A stretch of 64,000 nt of DNA, taken from contig CM119371.1 in assembly GCA_051294905.1 (NCBI GenBank), positions 33,172,001-33,236,000 of the forward strand. Reading direction: 5' to 3'. This DNA comes from Botryllus schlosseri (Eukaryota). Positions 40,921 to 53,522 of the stretch are shown one piece after another; the stretch's first letter is position 1, and every line of letters starts with the position of its first letter. The notes under the pieces are model-generated. The model was given only the letters and a program-made list of their open reading frames with translations, was not told where the DNA came from and did not search any database. Position numbers and translations under genes: made by a program.

Positions 40921-43900
40921 GCATCACTAAACAGGAAATTCACTAATCCGCAGTGCATTGTGCGATTTTGAAAACCAGATGTTGGCGGTTGTATTTTGAC
41001 CTGTGTGACCCACTAAATACGTCCGTTTTGGAAATTCGGAGCGCGCACTATCGTATCGATTATTCCACTAATCCAGTCGGTGCTATTACATTCAGCAGTA
41101 TTCAGTATTCAGCAGCGACACGAAAAGCGACCAACAAATAACCGCACTCGTAAATTAACACTTCAAAAAGTGTAAAATAGATTGCAAATCCCGCGATCGC
41201 TGACAAGATAATGTCTCGGGCATAACCATTTTTAGTGACTTGGTGTTACAAACATACCGATCACTCACAAGGTAATATTTCGGTAATAAGTTTGTCACAG
41301 AACCGTCGCAGTCGGTGATTCGAAAACCAACAATTTGACACTTGCCCGCGACCGCTATATGTTTCACGCCTCCGGAATAGTGGCTGACTTTAGTTGTATG
41401 ATAAGAATCATGCGAATATTCAAGCAATGTGTCAATTTGTCAACTTGAAATGAAACTTACTACACAGCTCAAGTTGATTCGTGTCTGAATGTGTTAATTC
41501 GGTACAATTCTAATTAATTTGAGAAATCTTTTTAACGTGATCTTTTGATTCGACCGTAACCTGAATATTACTGACACCGACTTTCAGCCACATAGAATTA
41601 TTCGCACATTCCGCGCCGCTGTTTTCCCACCTATCGAATCAATACCAACTATAACTCTACAAGAATCAAGAATCACAAGTATGTGCATTATACAGTTATT
41701 GTCTTTATCAACTTGAAATCAAACTCTTAACAAAAACACGCATCTTATCACTTGTCAACTCTATCATCAAAATCCTTGAATCCTTATTATCAAAAAATGT
41801 TATAGTACGGTGTCGGAATCCACTCGCGAGATGTACTAAAGGTAAATCCAAATAATCCAGAATGAAATATTTGGACTTTGACATAGTCTGAATTGAAATA
41901 AATTAACAAACATGACTACCAACTTTCAATCCAGTCATATTTAGAATTAGATTTGAAACAAGTAATGAAACCTTACAACTCTATTCACGACTGAGTTTTC
42001 CGTTTGTCAAATAGAGTTTCAGTAAATAATTTCACTATGCTATCGCGATATTTTAATGTGTTACTACACACAATCAAGTCAATCAATGAAATAGCACCTG
42101 TTGTAAATATTTCTTACTTGACAACCACTTGTGCATACCGCGATCGAGTTGCGACGTGATGAGTTAAATCGGAATATTTCAATCTATTTGTCGAAACCTT
42201 GAACAAGCTGTCTGATTATTTTTTGTTGCGATTGAGTTAACGGTAATAGTATTACGCATCGACATCTTACCATCTTACCATACTCCAAAGAGTCAACAAG
42301 GAAAAACCTTGCCAAGTAAATCCGTTTGTAACTCACCCAATCAACTCAAACAGTATCAGTATGAAAACAGCCAAGCATACACGAGTCCATACAATCACTA
42401 AAACCTAAAGTCCGTAACAAGCTCGGCTGTATTCATATCCCTACGACGCGTCTTTGTTTTTTTTTTTCAACTGTAAAAGTCGTTACTATTTTGCAAGACA
42501 AAGTAATTACTACTCGATATATTTTGTAAGACAAAAGTAATTTCTACTCGGTGCAGGTGACTTGAGATTAACATACTATGTTTGAGTATACGAGATTTGA
42601 AAGTCTGATCAACGTAGTTGCGACTTCATTTCTTACAATCGAACGCTGGTGTTATATTCAAAGTTATCACGCTGTAAACATAAGGATTGACATATTGATT
42701 TGACATATGTTATAGTTGATCATGACTTGATTATTAAATTATTCGCGGTAATTAGACACGGCGTTGTGGTAAATGTTATGACAGCAACAAACTTTTCAGT
42801 GCCATTGTTCTTAACATATTAAGTTGTAAAACTATACGTGTCTGAAATGTTCTTGATTGGAGAATTACTCCACCTCGATGAAAATCACTCTGCGTATCAC
42901 GATATCAGGAAATATTTTACAAATGTAATTGTTTCCAGTAATCAAGACTAAAGATGAAACAGCAATATCGGTATTATTACATTCAACAACCAGTACAATT
43001 ATTAAAATCTATCGTTTGTGATAAACAACGCTAAAGATGCAATAATTCCATTATTCATACATTGAACATCCGATACAAAATGCTTTATTACCCCGATTCG
43101 CAACGGGTAATTGAAACGACTAAGTATAGAGTCAGTATATCACAATGACACGTCGTTACTATTGAATCCAGCAATTGATACGATTTATTGTCGGGGATTG
43201 TGACAGCGCATTGAAACATACACAACTTACAAAGTGTGAAAATATCACTTTGGTATCGAGTACCCTTGGAAGCGCGCGATCAATACATAATTCCGGTCGC
43301 ACTCTCTAAGACATTGTGAAGTCTACAGATTTACACTTCAAGACTTTGATCAACACAGAAGCAATTTGGAATATCTTTACTGGATGCATCCTATTCTACT
43401 AGACTTGAGTATACATAAAACTCATAGCATTAACAAAATCGCAATAGGTGCTACACTGAAATTTACAAAATGTGTTTGTATTGTTGCTCAAAGTAGTGAT
43501 CATGAATTATCATTTGAATCTTCTGAAGTAATTGTAATCGTAAAACCAAACTTGCGAAAGTCATTACCATAACAAAAGAATATTGTACGTTGCTTGCTAA
43601 ATGTATGCCGGAAATATTTGTAGAACGCTCACGACCAAAGAAATCGGAAATTGTCATTCATCAAAGTAAATGTCGTCACAATACTCTGCCACTAAAATAC
43701 CATACTTGTATGTGATTGAATCCCTAACAATTAACTACTTTTCAAACGAGTAAAATTTATTACTTGAGTTTCTCCGCTTACTATATGTAAATGTAAACTC
43801 AACCGTCTTTTAACATCACAGAGACATTGATAAAAAGTAGGCAATCAAACGCTACAAGTTTAACTTTTGTAGGTTGTGTATGATTACCCCACGCAACTCA

Positions 43901-44925
43901 TTTCTTACCAAAGGTATATGAAATATATTCATGTTACACGAAAATACTCGATATTCCCGGAAACATCCGAGTTGTTTACACAAAAGTTTGTATGTGTACA
44001 GTATGCGAATACCATGTGTAAGTCCAGCACAATTGCAGTATCTATCCGAGTTTAGTTAACACAATTTACGACACCGAGGTCGCGTCATCTTTCGTAAGAA
44101 AAACCAACCAACCAATCCTGCAGGATATGTCAATGTCATAGCAATAAATCAGCTACTCCAACAACAGAGTACATATGTTTACTAGTTACGGTGCTTACAT
44201 CTTACACACAAATCAATCTACTTTGCTAACGAACAGTGCTGAGTCATCACATGGTTGTCCTCACAACAATACAACTAAAACATACTATAATACAAAATGG
44301 TCGTTATAGTTTGCACACCAACGGTACATCGTGCAAGTAACAAGTCTCGAGAATCCAGTTATTGAAAAAACGTGAAAGTGTTTCTCCTGCGCCAAGTCGT
44401 TATGTTGACGAATGCGTATATTGTAATATCATGATCGATTTGTATTCGTTGGTCACAAAATGTCACTACTCTAAATAATTATTTTACACTCAAACACAAA
44501 AGCATACTAGTCACCACTCGTTTTCATCAAGCACGAGTTCAAGAAACTTACTACGACATGAATTGTTATTTTTATGTTGTGTAAATAGTTAATAATTAAT
44601 TTTAGTAACACTATATCAACATCATCGAGTTGTGTGAATAGATTTACATGCGGTCTTGTGGTTTTAATCGAAGTACACAGCACGGTCTAATGTAGAGCCA
44701 TCTCTATTGTACAGCAACTCGGTAGACACGCCCCCCTTTATGACAGTGAAATATTTCGTGCCTCCTTATCGTGATATCCCACAATCTCTGAATGATCATC
44801 AATCATCACATACCGTACTGTAATGGAACAGAACGTTCGCAGTATTCCTAGTCATAGTTACGTAATATGCCTTGTAGGCATTCTATGGCTAATAGGACGA
44901 ACATATAATGTGGTTAGCGATCTAA

Positions 44926-45270
44926 TAGAGCTACACTCTACGTCCTCCTTTAGGAGGATTGGTCCTTCTTTTTTAGGAAATCAAAAATGTCCTCCGAGGA
45001 CGCCTAAATGTCCTACTTTTGGCAATTAGTCCCCCTTCGTCGCTTTTGGAGCCAGTCTAATGGACAGGCACCACCAAAACACGTTATAAACGGCGTGGAA
45101 TCTACGGTGGGGGTGTTTGAGTAGGCCTGGGAAAGTGACCTATTTTTTAGTCAACACAACATAATTTCCCTTAAAAGTACTAAAATCGGGAGTTTTCTAG
45201 TCCGGTGATCTAACTTCTGTAATTAGCAAAAAGTGTCCCCCTTCCCTAATCCCAAAATATGGTAACCCTA
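44926..45270. mobile_element. hAT-type MITE (TAGGGTTACCATA family, opposite orientation)
   Basis: Right end atatggtaacccta; interior is the reverse complement of the 6437-6794 ends; left TIR decayed. Confidence 0.65.
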
Positions 45271-45358
45271 GGTATAATGGACTTTCAACTAAACTGGTGG
45301 TATTGTACACAGAGTTGTGATGACTCGAGGAGTCTACCGATAGGTATGGGTGATTGAT

Positions 45359-45927
45359 TAGGGTTGTAACCAAGTCACAAGGCTCCGAGTCACAAGTCAA
45401 TCTCACTTTTATATTTTTGACTCGAGTCAAGTCGAGTCATTTTCAATTCCCCCCGAGTCAAGTCCGAGTCCAAGTCAGCAAACAGAGGATCGAGTCCGAG
45501 TCATGGTATTATGACACTAGTCCGAGTCCAAGTTATTGTGTTGACTGCTCAGTTTCCAGTTAAAGTCTTCCTAAACCCATTTTTTAACTCTGTTTGGTGA
45601 TATTAAATGGTTCGCATTTATAATATATCTATTTCCTCACTTTTAGCAGTTTCTGGTCGCATTTTCAAGCACCAGTAACAACAAACGAAATCCCAATAAT
45701 GTGTTGGCTTCGAAATTACAATGAAATGCCGGTCTTGGCCGTCTAAATCTCGAGTCAATGACTGCGCAATGACTCGAGTCCAAGTCGAGTCAATACACAG
45801 ATTGACTCGAGTCGAGTCGAGTCATTTCCGTATTTTGAGAAAATGACTCGAGTCGAGTCGAGTCATCCGAAAATCGTGACTCGAGTCTGACTCGAGTCGA
45901 GTCATGACTCGAGTGATTACAACCCTG
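45359..45927. mobile_element. MITE with GACTCGAGTC palindromic subterminal repeats
   Basis: Ends agggttgtaa / ttacaaccctg; ttgattag on both sides; a second, inverted copy lies at 57418-57980. Confidence 0.8.
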
Positions 45928-46841
45928 TTGATTAGCCTACTTTTCCAAACATAGAGTACACTTCCTAATCTACTACCACTGTGTAAAAGGTTTGAATAAA
46001 TGATCCTTCTGGTAAGTAATTAAGTGCTTTTGATCAGTAATTAAACGCTAACCAGCCACCTCGCCACTTTGGCGTGTCCCGGCCTACGAACTCACAGCAG
46101 CGCCACAATATAGTTACGTCACTAGGAGATGGGTTGCATATTAGCGTCCAAACATCGTCACCATTGTACGTTTCTCATCAAAATTCAAACATTTGAATAA
46201 TGTATTCAACTTTATTCTCGAAGATTTTCGAGCTGACACTCATCAGGTGTTACCATGCCACCAGATATAATGCGAACATTCAACACTTTGCTTCACAACG
46301 ATCGATAATGCTAAAAATGACGTAACGCAGAGTAAAACACAAAATTTAAAATACGATGGAGCTATAGCGGAGGCACGAAGAGAACAAAATAAGTTAATGT
46401 GCGATTTTCAAATGATACACAAATTATTTCTGTTGGCATAGACTTGGTTGACGCACAGTGATGACGGTGAACTAATGAAATAGCGGAAATTACAACACTT
46501 TGCATACACATAGAACATGTCCTCATGATAATTCGGTAGCACCCGTGGGGTTTTAAAACAAGAATTTTTCCGATGGAAGACTATGAGCCATGGCCTGGCT
46601 TTATTCGAAAGCAATCAGATTATTTTTATGCGACATATGCGATTTGATGGAAGGGGAATGTGTTGTTTGATACCGATTATTGATTTCTTGATAGTGACAG
46701 AGAAATCGGCGAGAACGCTTCATTGTTCACATGACGTACGAGGATTTAAACCGTTTGCTACTGTTGAAACGGTTATCGCATTCATTGGTGTCCTTTTTTG
46801 TGTCTAACGAAGCGTCATCTGTTTTGTTACATAGCAGTCAC

Positions 46842-48099
46842 CAGCACCGTAACTGCCGCACCCCAAACCCCCCAATTGGGGGGGGGGGGCGAGCTCGAAT
46901 GGCGCCCAAAATTATTTCGTGAATTAGCATAAATCAGACAGTATTTTTTGAATATTTGTGCAATTTTTTCAAATTTTTTTCGCGCTATGCGCGAATTCAA
47001 GTAGCCGTTTATCTATATTATTGGGTATTGGCCCATTACCGCGGCACGACACACCAAGACATACAATCAAGTTTTAGGCCATATAACATGTGACTCCAAG
47101 AAGTGTGCCAGAACGATCGGCAGCGAGAAACGCTTGGCCGAAAAGGTCTATATGCTCTTATGCAGACCGAAGACTTCGTTATATAGGCTATACAAAATAC
47201 ATATAGGTTTAATTGTCCACATAGGCGCCTAAATTACTGGCGCCGACTGTTCCTGTCTTTGCAATCTGAACCTCACATGACAAATACCATCCTGCTGGGA
47301 AAAATTTTATGCCAGTGAAGAAATACCAATTTGAAATCGTTTGAGCGATTCTATAGTTTTTGATATAGCAGACCGGAAGTCACGAAATAACATCATGTAA
47401 CGAAGTCGTATCAACCAGTCCGCCCGCCCGAAGATATTTAATCATTATTTACGGGCCCTCCCATTTTCAAGACATTTCACTCAGCTCTACCGGTAAATCT
47501 AATTACGTGAGTAGATAGGTCAATAAATTGATAGCATAATATATATGCAATCGCCGATCTGATTGACCGATTTTATCATAAATTATCGAAAATTTTCGCG
47601 CTTCGCGCTGGCTCACAGTACAGTATAGAACGCGAACAACGTGATGGAGGGGTCGTTTTATCATCATATGGGAGCCCAAGACCCTCGTTTTCGGAGACCT
47701 GACGAAATGCTGTTTCGTTCCTGCCAACGGGTATACGCCCGAATATGTTTAATTATTATTGAGTGGTCCTACCTTTTTAAACACACCTCAGTTAGCTCTA
47801 ACGGCAAATTTGATTACGTGAGCAGAGAGGAGATAATAATTGATAACAATATATGCAATTCCTGATCATACTGACCGAAGAAATCATGAATTCTAGAAAT
47901 TTTTCGCGCTTTTTCGCGCGCTTAGGCGACAACAGGTGACTCACCACATAAAGTCCCAATAAATATGATGAACAGCGGTAAACGGCGTATCGCTGGAGGG
48001 GGGTCTGGGGGGCGAAGCCCCCCAGAAGTTCGGTCTATAACCCTATGGGGGGCCCAAGACCAAAGTTTGGGGGGCTGACGAAGTGCTGTTACGGCCCTG
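46842..48099. mobile_element. hAT-type non-autonomous element
   Basis: Ends cagcaccgtaac / gttacggccctg; perfect TSD gcagtcac. Confidence 0.83.
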
Positions 48100-49115
48100 G
48101 CAGTCACAATACACCGACTACGGAAAACGAACGATTGAGGCGTGTTGACGACAAAGCTGTGACTTAGAAACAGTGTTTGAGGTAAACGGATTATTCATTG
48201 AAGATAACGTTACTGTCACGCCCTATAATTATATACCTTTGTAAAAGTTTTATACCTAGGGGAGACCGGGGACAATTGTAACACTTTTTGGATTTTCCAA
48301 CATTGCGTGTTGTTCTCATGGGATTTTCATTTCCAAAGTTTTATATAAGGAAGCCAGCAACTCGATAGTTTATATAGAAACTAAAATGGAACTCCATCAA
48401 CACTCAATCATGGAAATTTTGGTTCGCGAAAATCGCCGCTCAAATCTTACAATCGCCCGTACCCAGGGGCAATTGTACCAACCATGCAGGTCAATTATAA
48501 CAGTGTTATTTATAAGTGAAAACAAACAAAATGAACAACGAAAACGGGACCACAACTTGTATTATTGCATCAAACTAAAGAAATAGAAGTTTGAACGCTT
48601 CCAGGCTACGCCCCATAGCATTTTGGCCGCATTTAAATACAATATCACCGTGACTTCTTCATGAGCTTCATGAGTGACTTCGTGACTTCTTCATGAGCTC
48701 AAAGTGTACAAGAACCACATTAATTCCATTATCTCCGTGCACATATTAGGCATCTTCTACCAAGGTGCTGTTGTTCAGCGAGCACAATGGGTTGGGCATT
48801 GGGTCACCTGCGAAGGTGCGAAACCGACCCTGCTAAAATATTTTGATTGAATGCGCCGATGATAGTGTAGCAAAACGAGGACACAACATTTGGTGGAGTC
48901 AAAGCTAATGGCATTCTCCTGTTCTGTACGAAATTAAAATAATTTGTTCACAACAAATGACAAAATGTAATTGGGCCATGCTCAAAGTCAGAGGATGAGG
49001 ATTCAGTCATGGGCAAGTTCTTAAGTGACCATTGAAGGTCGACACACCAAAAGTCGATCAACATGAAAAAGGGTGGTAGAATCAAGTAGTTAAATGAAGA
49101 GGTGTTGGTTATATA

Positions 49116-49501
49116 CAGAGGTGGTCAAAGTAGTCAAGAAAGCTACTCAAGTAGAGGTAGAAGTAGCGACGCAAAAACATCTACTCAAGTACGAGTAGAA
49201 GTACATCTTTCATAAGCAACCTAAAACTACTTGAAGTAGAAGTAGAATTTGTTGGCTTTAAATCTACTCAAGTAAGTACGTAGTTTTGAAAACAGGAATA
49301 ATACGTTCGCATGGACTTTCAAAAGCTACAAATTGAGCTATGCGGAAGGTGCAGAGAGCTGTAAGTAAGTAGATCACAAAATATTACGAAGTAGAAGTAG
49401 AAGTCACGAAGATTCCTTCTACTTGAGTAAGTACCAGAAGTAGAGGAGAACTACTTGAGTACTTCGAAAAAGTAGAAGTACTTCGTTACTGACCACCTCT
49501 G
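49116..49501. mobile_element. hAT-type MITE with AGTAGA repeats
   Basis: TIRs cagaggtggtca / tgaccacctctg; perfect TSD gttatata. Confidence 0.88.
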
Positions 49502-50380
49502 GTTATATACATGTGTAGGCCTATTAAAAGGCCTAGCCTAGAATGTAACAATAACCGTAAGTCCGCGAACTACAAAGTACAAACCCTATTCCGATGTCAC
49601 AGATTTTTAACCGCTAATGTGACATGTTCATGCTCTTCGTCAATGTCTTGAATCCTGTATTGTTAGTCATTTTGTATACGTTTTACTGCCTGCTGCCTTA
49701 CCTCTAGACTGCGCATTTGGAACGCAATTGAATCATTCGTGAACAAAACAATTTTAGTTAACCGAAATATTATCAACTTCGTTCTTTACTGTCATGTTTC
49801 ATGGAGCTTAACCGTCGGAATGAAAGATAATATTTTGTTTCCAAATGCGTTGTTTATATCGATAGTTTTGAGCTGGGTTATCGAAATTAGTGATCTATAT
49901 TGAAAGAATATTGCTGCTGCATAGTTCTAACTTCCATAGAAAACATGGCATCTGGCTGGAGTGGTGCAGGCATTGTCAATTCGTTTAGAGGAACGAGATC
50001 GGATGATACACGGTGAATATTGCAATGAGTAGCACGATCATAAGTTCAAAGCATGTTAAAATGTTGAATAATTATCTTTTAACTCAGAATAAGATATCAT
50101 TTACATATGTACACATTCATAAATATTATTTTTAATAATGATTAAATAAGGGGAAAATGTGGCGCTTATCTCCTCTACTGTGTGTTCCGTCACGTTCAAT
50201 GTTAGATGGCATTGAATCGGCTAGCTACAATCAGGAATTTTACAGATATTAATAGTAGTTAGTAGAAGATAGCATAGGTTTTATGTTATATTTTTTAAAT
50301 TCAGTTCCGACAAAAAATCATCAATCATAAATTACACTGGCGTACAAAAATATTTTTGCCCGCTTTATGGTTTGGCACCT

Positions 50381-51639
50381 GAGGTGGTCAAAGTGGTCAA
50401 GAAAGCTACTCAAGTAGAAGTAGAAGATGCGACGAAAAAATCTACTCAAGTACGAGTAGAAGTACTTCTTCAATGAGCAACCTAAAACTACGAGTAGAGA
50501 TAGAATTTACTGACTTTAAAAGTACTCAAGTAAGTAAGTAGTCGTGAAAACGATCGTAATTCGTTCACATGGATAGTAAAAAAGTGCAAATTGAGCTATG
50601 CGAAAGGTGACGAGCATGATTCATATTGATGCATACCAGCAGGCAGGTCTCCAATTTTCGATATGCATTCGACCACATCATGGGATGAAAATGATAGTAT
50701 TGATATGGAAATGCGATACTAATCCTCTGTTTACTCAAAAAGCACGTTTTAGAAAATATCATGGTACTTCACACTCCCCCATATTATAAGGCCTGTAGTT
50801 TAGTCGAAGAGCAATACGGAGATGTTGTATTGGATACGGTGTAAACAATTTGTGCGATTAGTAAACGTTAAAATGCTATATTGTGTAGCTTTATTTCTGG
50901 AAATTGAAGACATTACTACACTTGTTTTTATACTTCAACATGCACGTTATCCAGACAAAAGAACTGATATAAATTAGAAATCAAAATATATGGTACTGGG
51001 AATTGAAAGTGAACTATAAATTTAAAAATGGAACATCTATTTATAATGTCTTTAGTCCAGAAAGTTTCGAAGGTTGGTATGCTAAAACAGGTCTAAAACT
51101 AAAAAAGGTCAGAGTCCACTTTTCCAGATTAGGACACGCCATGGATAGCTTGATTACAATATGATAAGTAAATGCTAAATTGCGAAACATTAGTTTCAAA
51201 CGTTATGATAAGCCATATATACTGTGATGAAAATACTTGATATGGCGAAGGGCGATAATGCGGTGTGAACGGAACCACGCCAATCCGCTACCTAAATTAT
51301 GTTCACCGATACTTTGGTAAAATCACACTAGTTACTCCCACTTCACTGCGCGCGAAGCGCGACGAAAATTCTGGGTTCAACTCAACTTTTATGAAAATTA
51401 AATTTCGATACTCCGTGAAAACAGCCCGAATATCTCAGGCTATCTTCCTGATTGGAGGATTAAACTACTTCTACTTGACAAACTGAAAATAGCGAAAAGT
51501 AAGTAAGTAGATCACAAAATATTATGAAGTAGAAGTAGAAGTAGTGAAATTCAGTTCTACTTGAGTAAGTACCAGAAGTAGAGGAAATCTACTTGAGCAC
51601 TTCGGAAAAGTAGAAGTACTTCGTTACTGACCACCTCTG
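50381..51639. mobile_element. Longer member of the same CAGAGGTGGTCA family
   Basis: Both ends match 49116-49501; cacctga on both sides; left TIR lacks a few bases. Confidence 0.78.
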
Positions 51640-53489
51640 CACCTGATTGTAAGTTACTTCGGTTCCCTGAATCCGAATAGGAACTCCGATTTGCTCTATC
51701 ACATCCGTTGTTTTTGAGAATGAAGATTTCTAAATTTTCCGCATTTTGTGCATTCGTTTAGCCGCTTTAGCATAACGTATAAGATTTGTCTGTTTGTTTC
51801 ATATTCATGGTGTTTTCATTAGATTGGTCATTTTACATTAGCCCGATACCTTGTTTATTTTTGATTCCTTATGTACCGACTTGCAGCACGTCCCGCTACT
51901 ACACTTTTCATAAGACCATAGTGTCCTATATGGTGTCGACACAGACAAATCTCACGCCTCAGTGAAATTGATTCACGCCACAATTTCCATTTGGCTACAG
52001 GCAATTTGATGGTCATTTTTGACCGGCTTGCCGAGCATTAAATTTGGTAAAACGGGTATCAATCGAAAGCTGACTCTGCACTGATTACGCCCTGGAACTC
52101 CCACAATCAGCCTCGAATTTTTCATTGTTATGGAGATTGGTATTGGGCCCTCTCGGGCCACGAGAACATTTAGTGCGGTCTACGTCGGAATTTTGCATTT
52201 TCAATATTTCAAAACATGCAGGTGCCATGTATCGATTGTTCATAGTTGGAAAGGTAATTTATCATTACATGTCTTTCAAGCCGTGCCACGCAGTATAAGA
52301 TAAGGTCAGTGACGTGCGGCGAGGTTCACGGCTGGTGAGGCACGCCCCCCCCCACACATGCAAAAGAACAACACGCACGTAAAGAGACTTGAAATGTGAA
52401 TAACAACAGAAGCGGGTGTATAGGGAGCATTTTCTTTGCACAATGGTAGCCGTTGCAATTACACATTTTATAATACATGTAGGACCGGTCGTTATTGTGT
52501 CAAATGGGCATGTTAGGACAAATAATAATTTCTATCTTTTCAAGTAGGCCTTCCGGTATAAACTATTCGAAGAACATGAAAAAAGCATCCTCAGTTACAA
52601 ATTTTATTCAGTAAAAAAAACAACACTAGATTTGCTGAATTTCGAAAAAAAAATGCACTAGGTCAAGTCAAAATACACTAGATCTAGTGTTTAGGAGTGG
52701 CACCACTACCACAAACAACAATGCAGGCTTTGTAAGTATGGCTATCTCAATCACATACCACAATTAGTGGTTATAGGTATTGCAGTCGAACACAGCATAA
52801 AGGACACAAACAACGACAATGCAGCCTATGCAAATAGCTATCACATACCACAATTCATCGTGGCTATGGGTGCAAAATACATAACAGCTACAAAATAAGG
52901 GGATGTATTGGCTTCGCATTACGCACTGGCCGTCGCTTCAATCTTACATAATTCCTACAAGACTGTTGGATTCCGAAATCGGGAGGCCGTGTTATTTTTG
53001 GCAAATGCCAAAACTGCCAAAAATAACTTATTTTTGGCATTTTTCGATTTTTATTTCTGGCAGTTTTGGCATCGTCCGCTAAATAGATAGTTTCAGACTC
53101 GAATTAGACACAAAAACGCTTTATTTGGGATAGTTTGTCAAAAGACACCATAAAATGTGCAGCATCCACGCATAATCAGTGCTAAAAAACAATAAGAAGA
53201 AAAAAAACCTAACGATTTCATAGGTTAATAATGTCAAACGAAACCACAAAATGTGCAGTATCCATCGAAATCGGTGCCAATACGCAAAAAAGCCTAACAA
53301 ACACGATCACTTCACACGATCACACGATCACGAACAAGATCACTTCGCCAGTGCCATCGATCTCATCGCGGAAGGAATTTTCGGAACACATATAGTATTC
53401 GCCTGGTTTCCCGGCGCATGTGCAACACGTCCCATTTCATGTTTCCCCATGAAAGAATCGATTTCTTTCATGTGAAACACTAACATGAA

Positions 53490-53503
53490 TCCCCCTTTTT
53501 TTT
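53490..53503 (-). other. Polypurine tract
   Basis: Minus strand AAAAAAAAGGGGGA about 20 nt after the ORF stop, followed after 4 nt by TGTTAGTG. Confidence 0.65.
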
Positions 53504-53522
53504 AATCAATTATTCTCTCGTA

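Noticed and set aside
44365..44450. VKCFSC / ECVYC-like fragments suggesting a second IAP relic
   Set aside because: Needs a frameshift, matches only ~6 residues, and has no supporting BIR or RING context.
44720..44742. PPT-like AAAGGGGGG followed by TGT on the minus strand
   Set aside because: No associated LTR pair or pol remnants could be identified.
48258..48500. ggggagaccgggg pogo-like left terminus
   Set aside because: No matching right TIR or transposase found, so boundaries cannot be supported.
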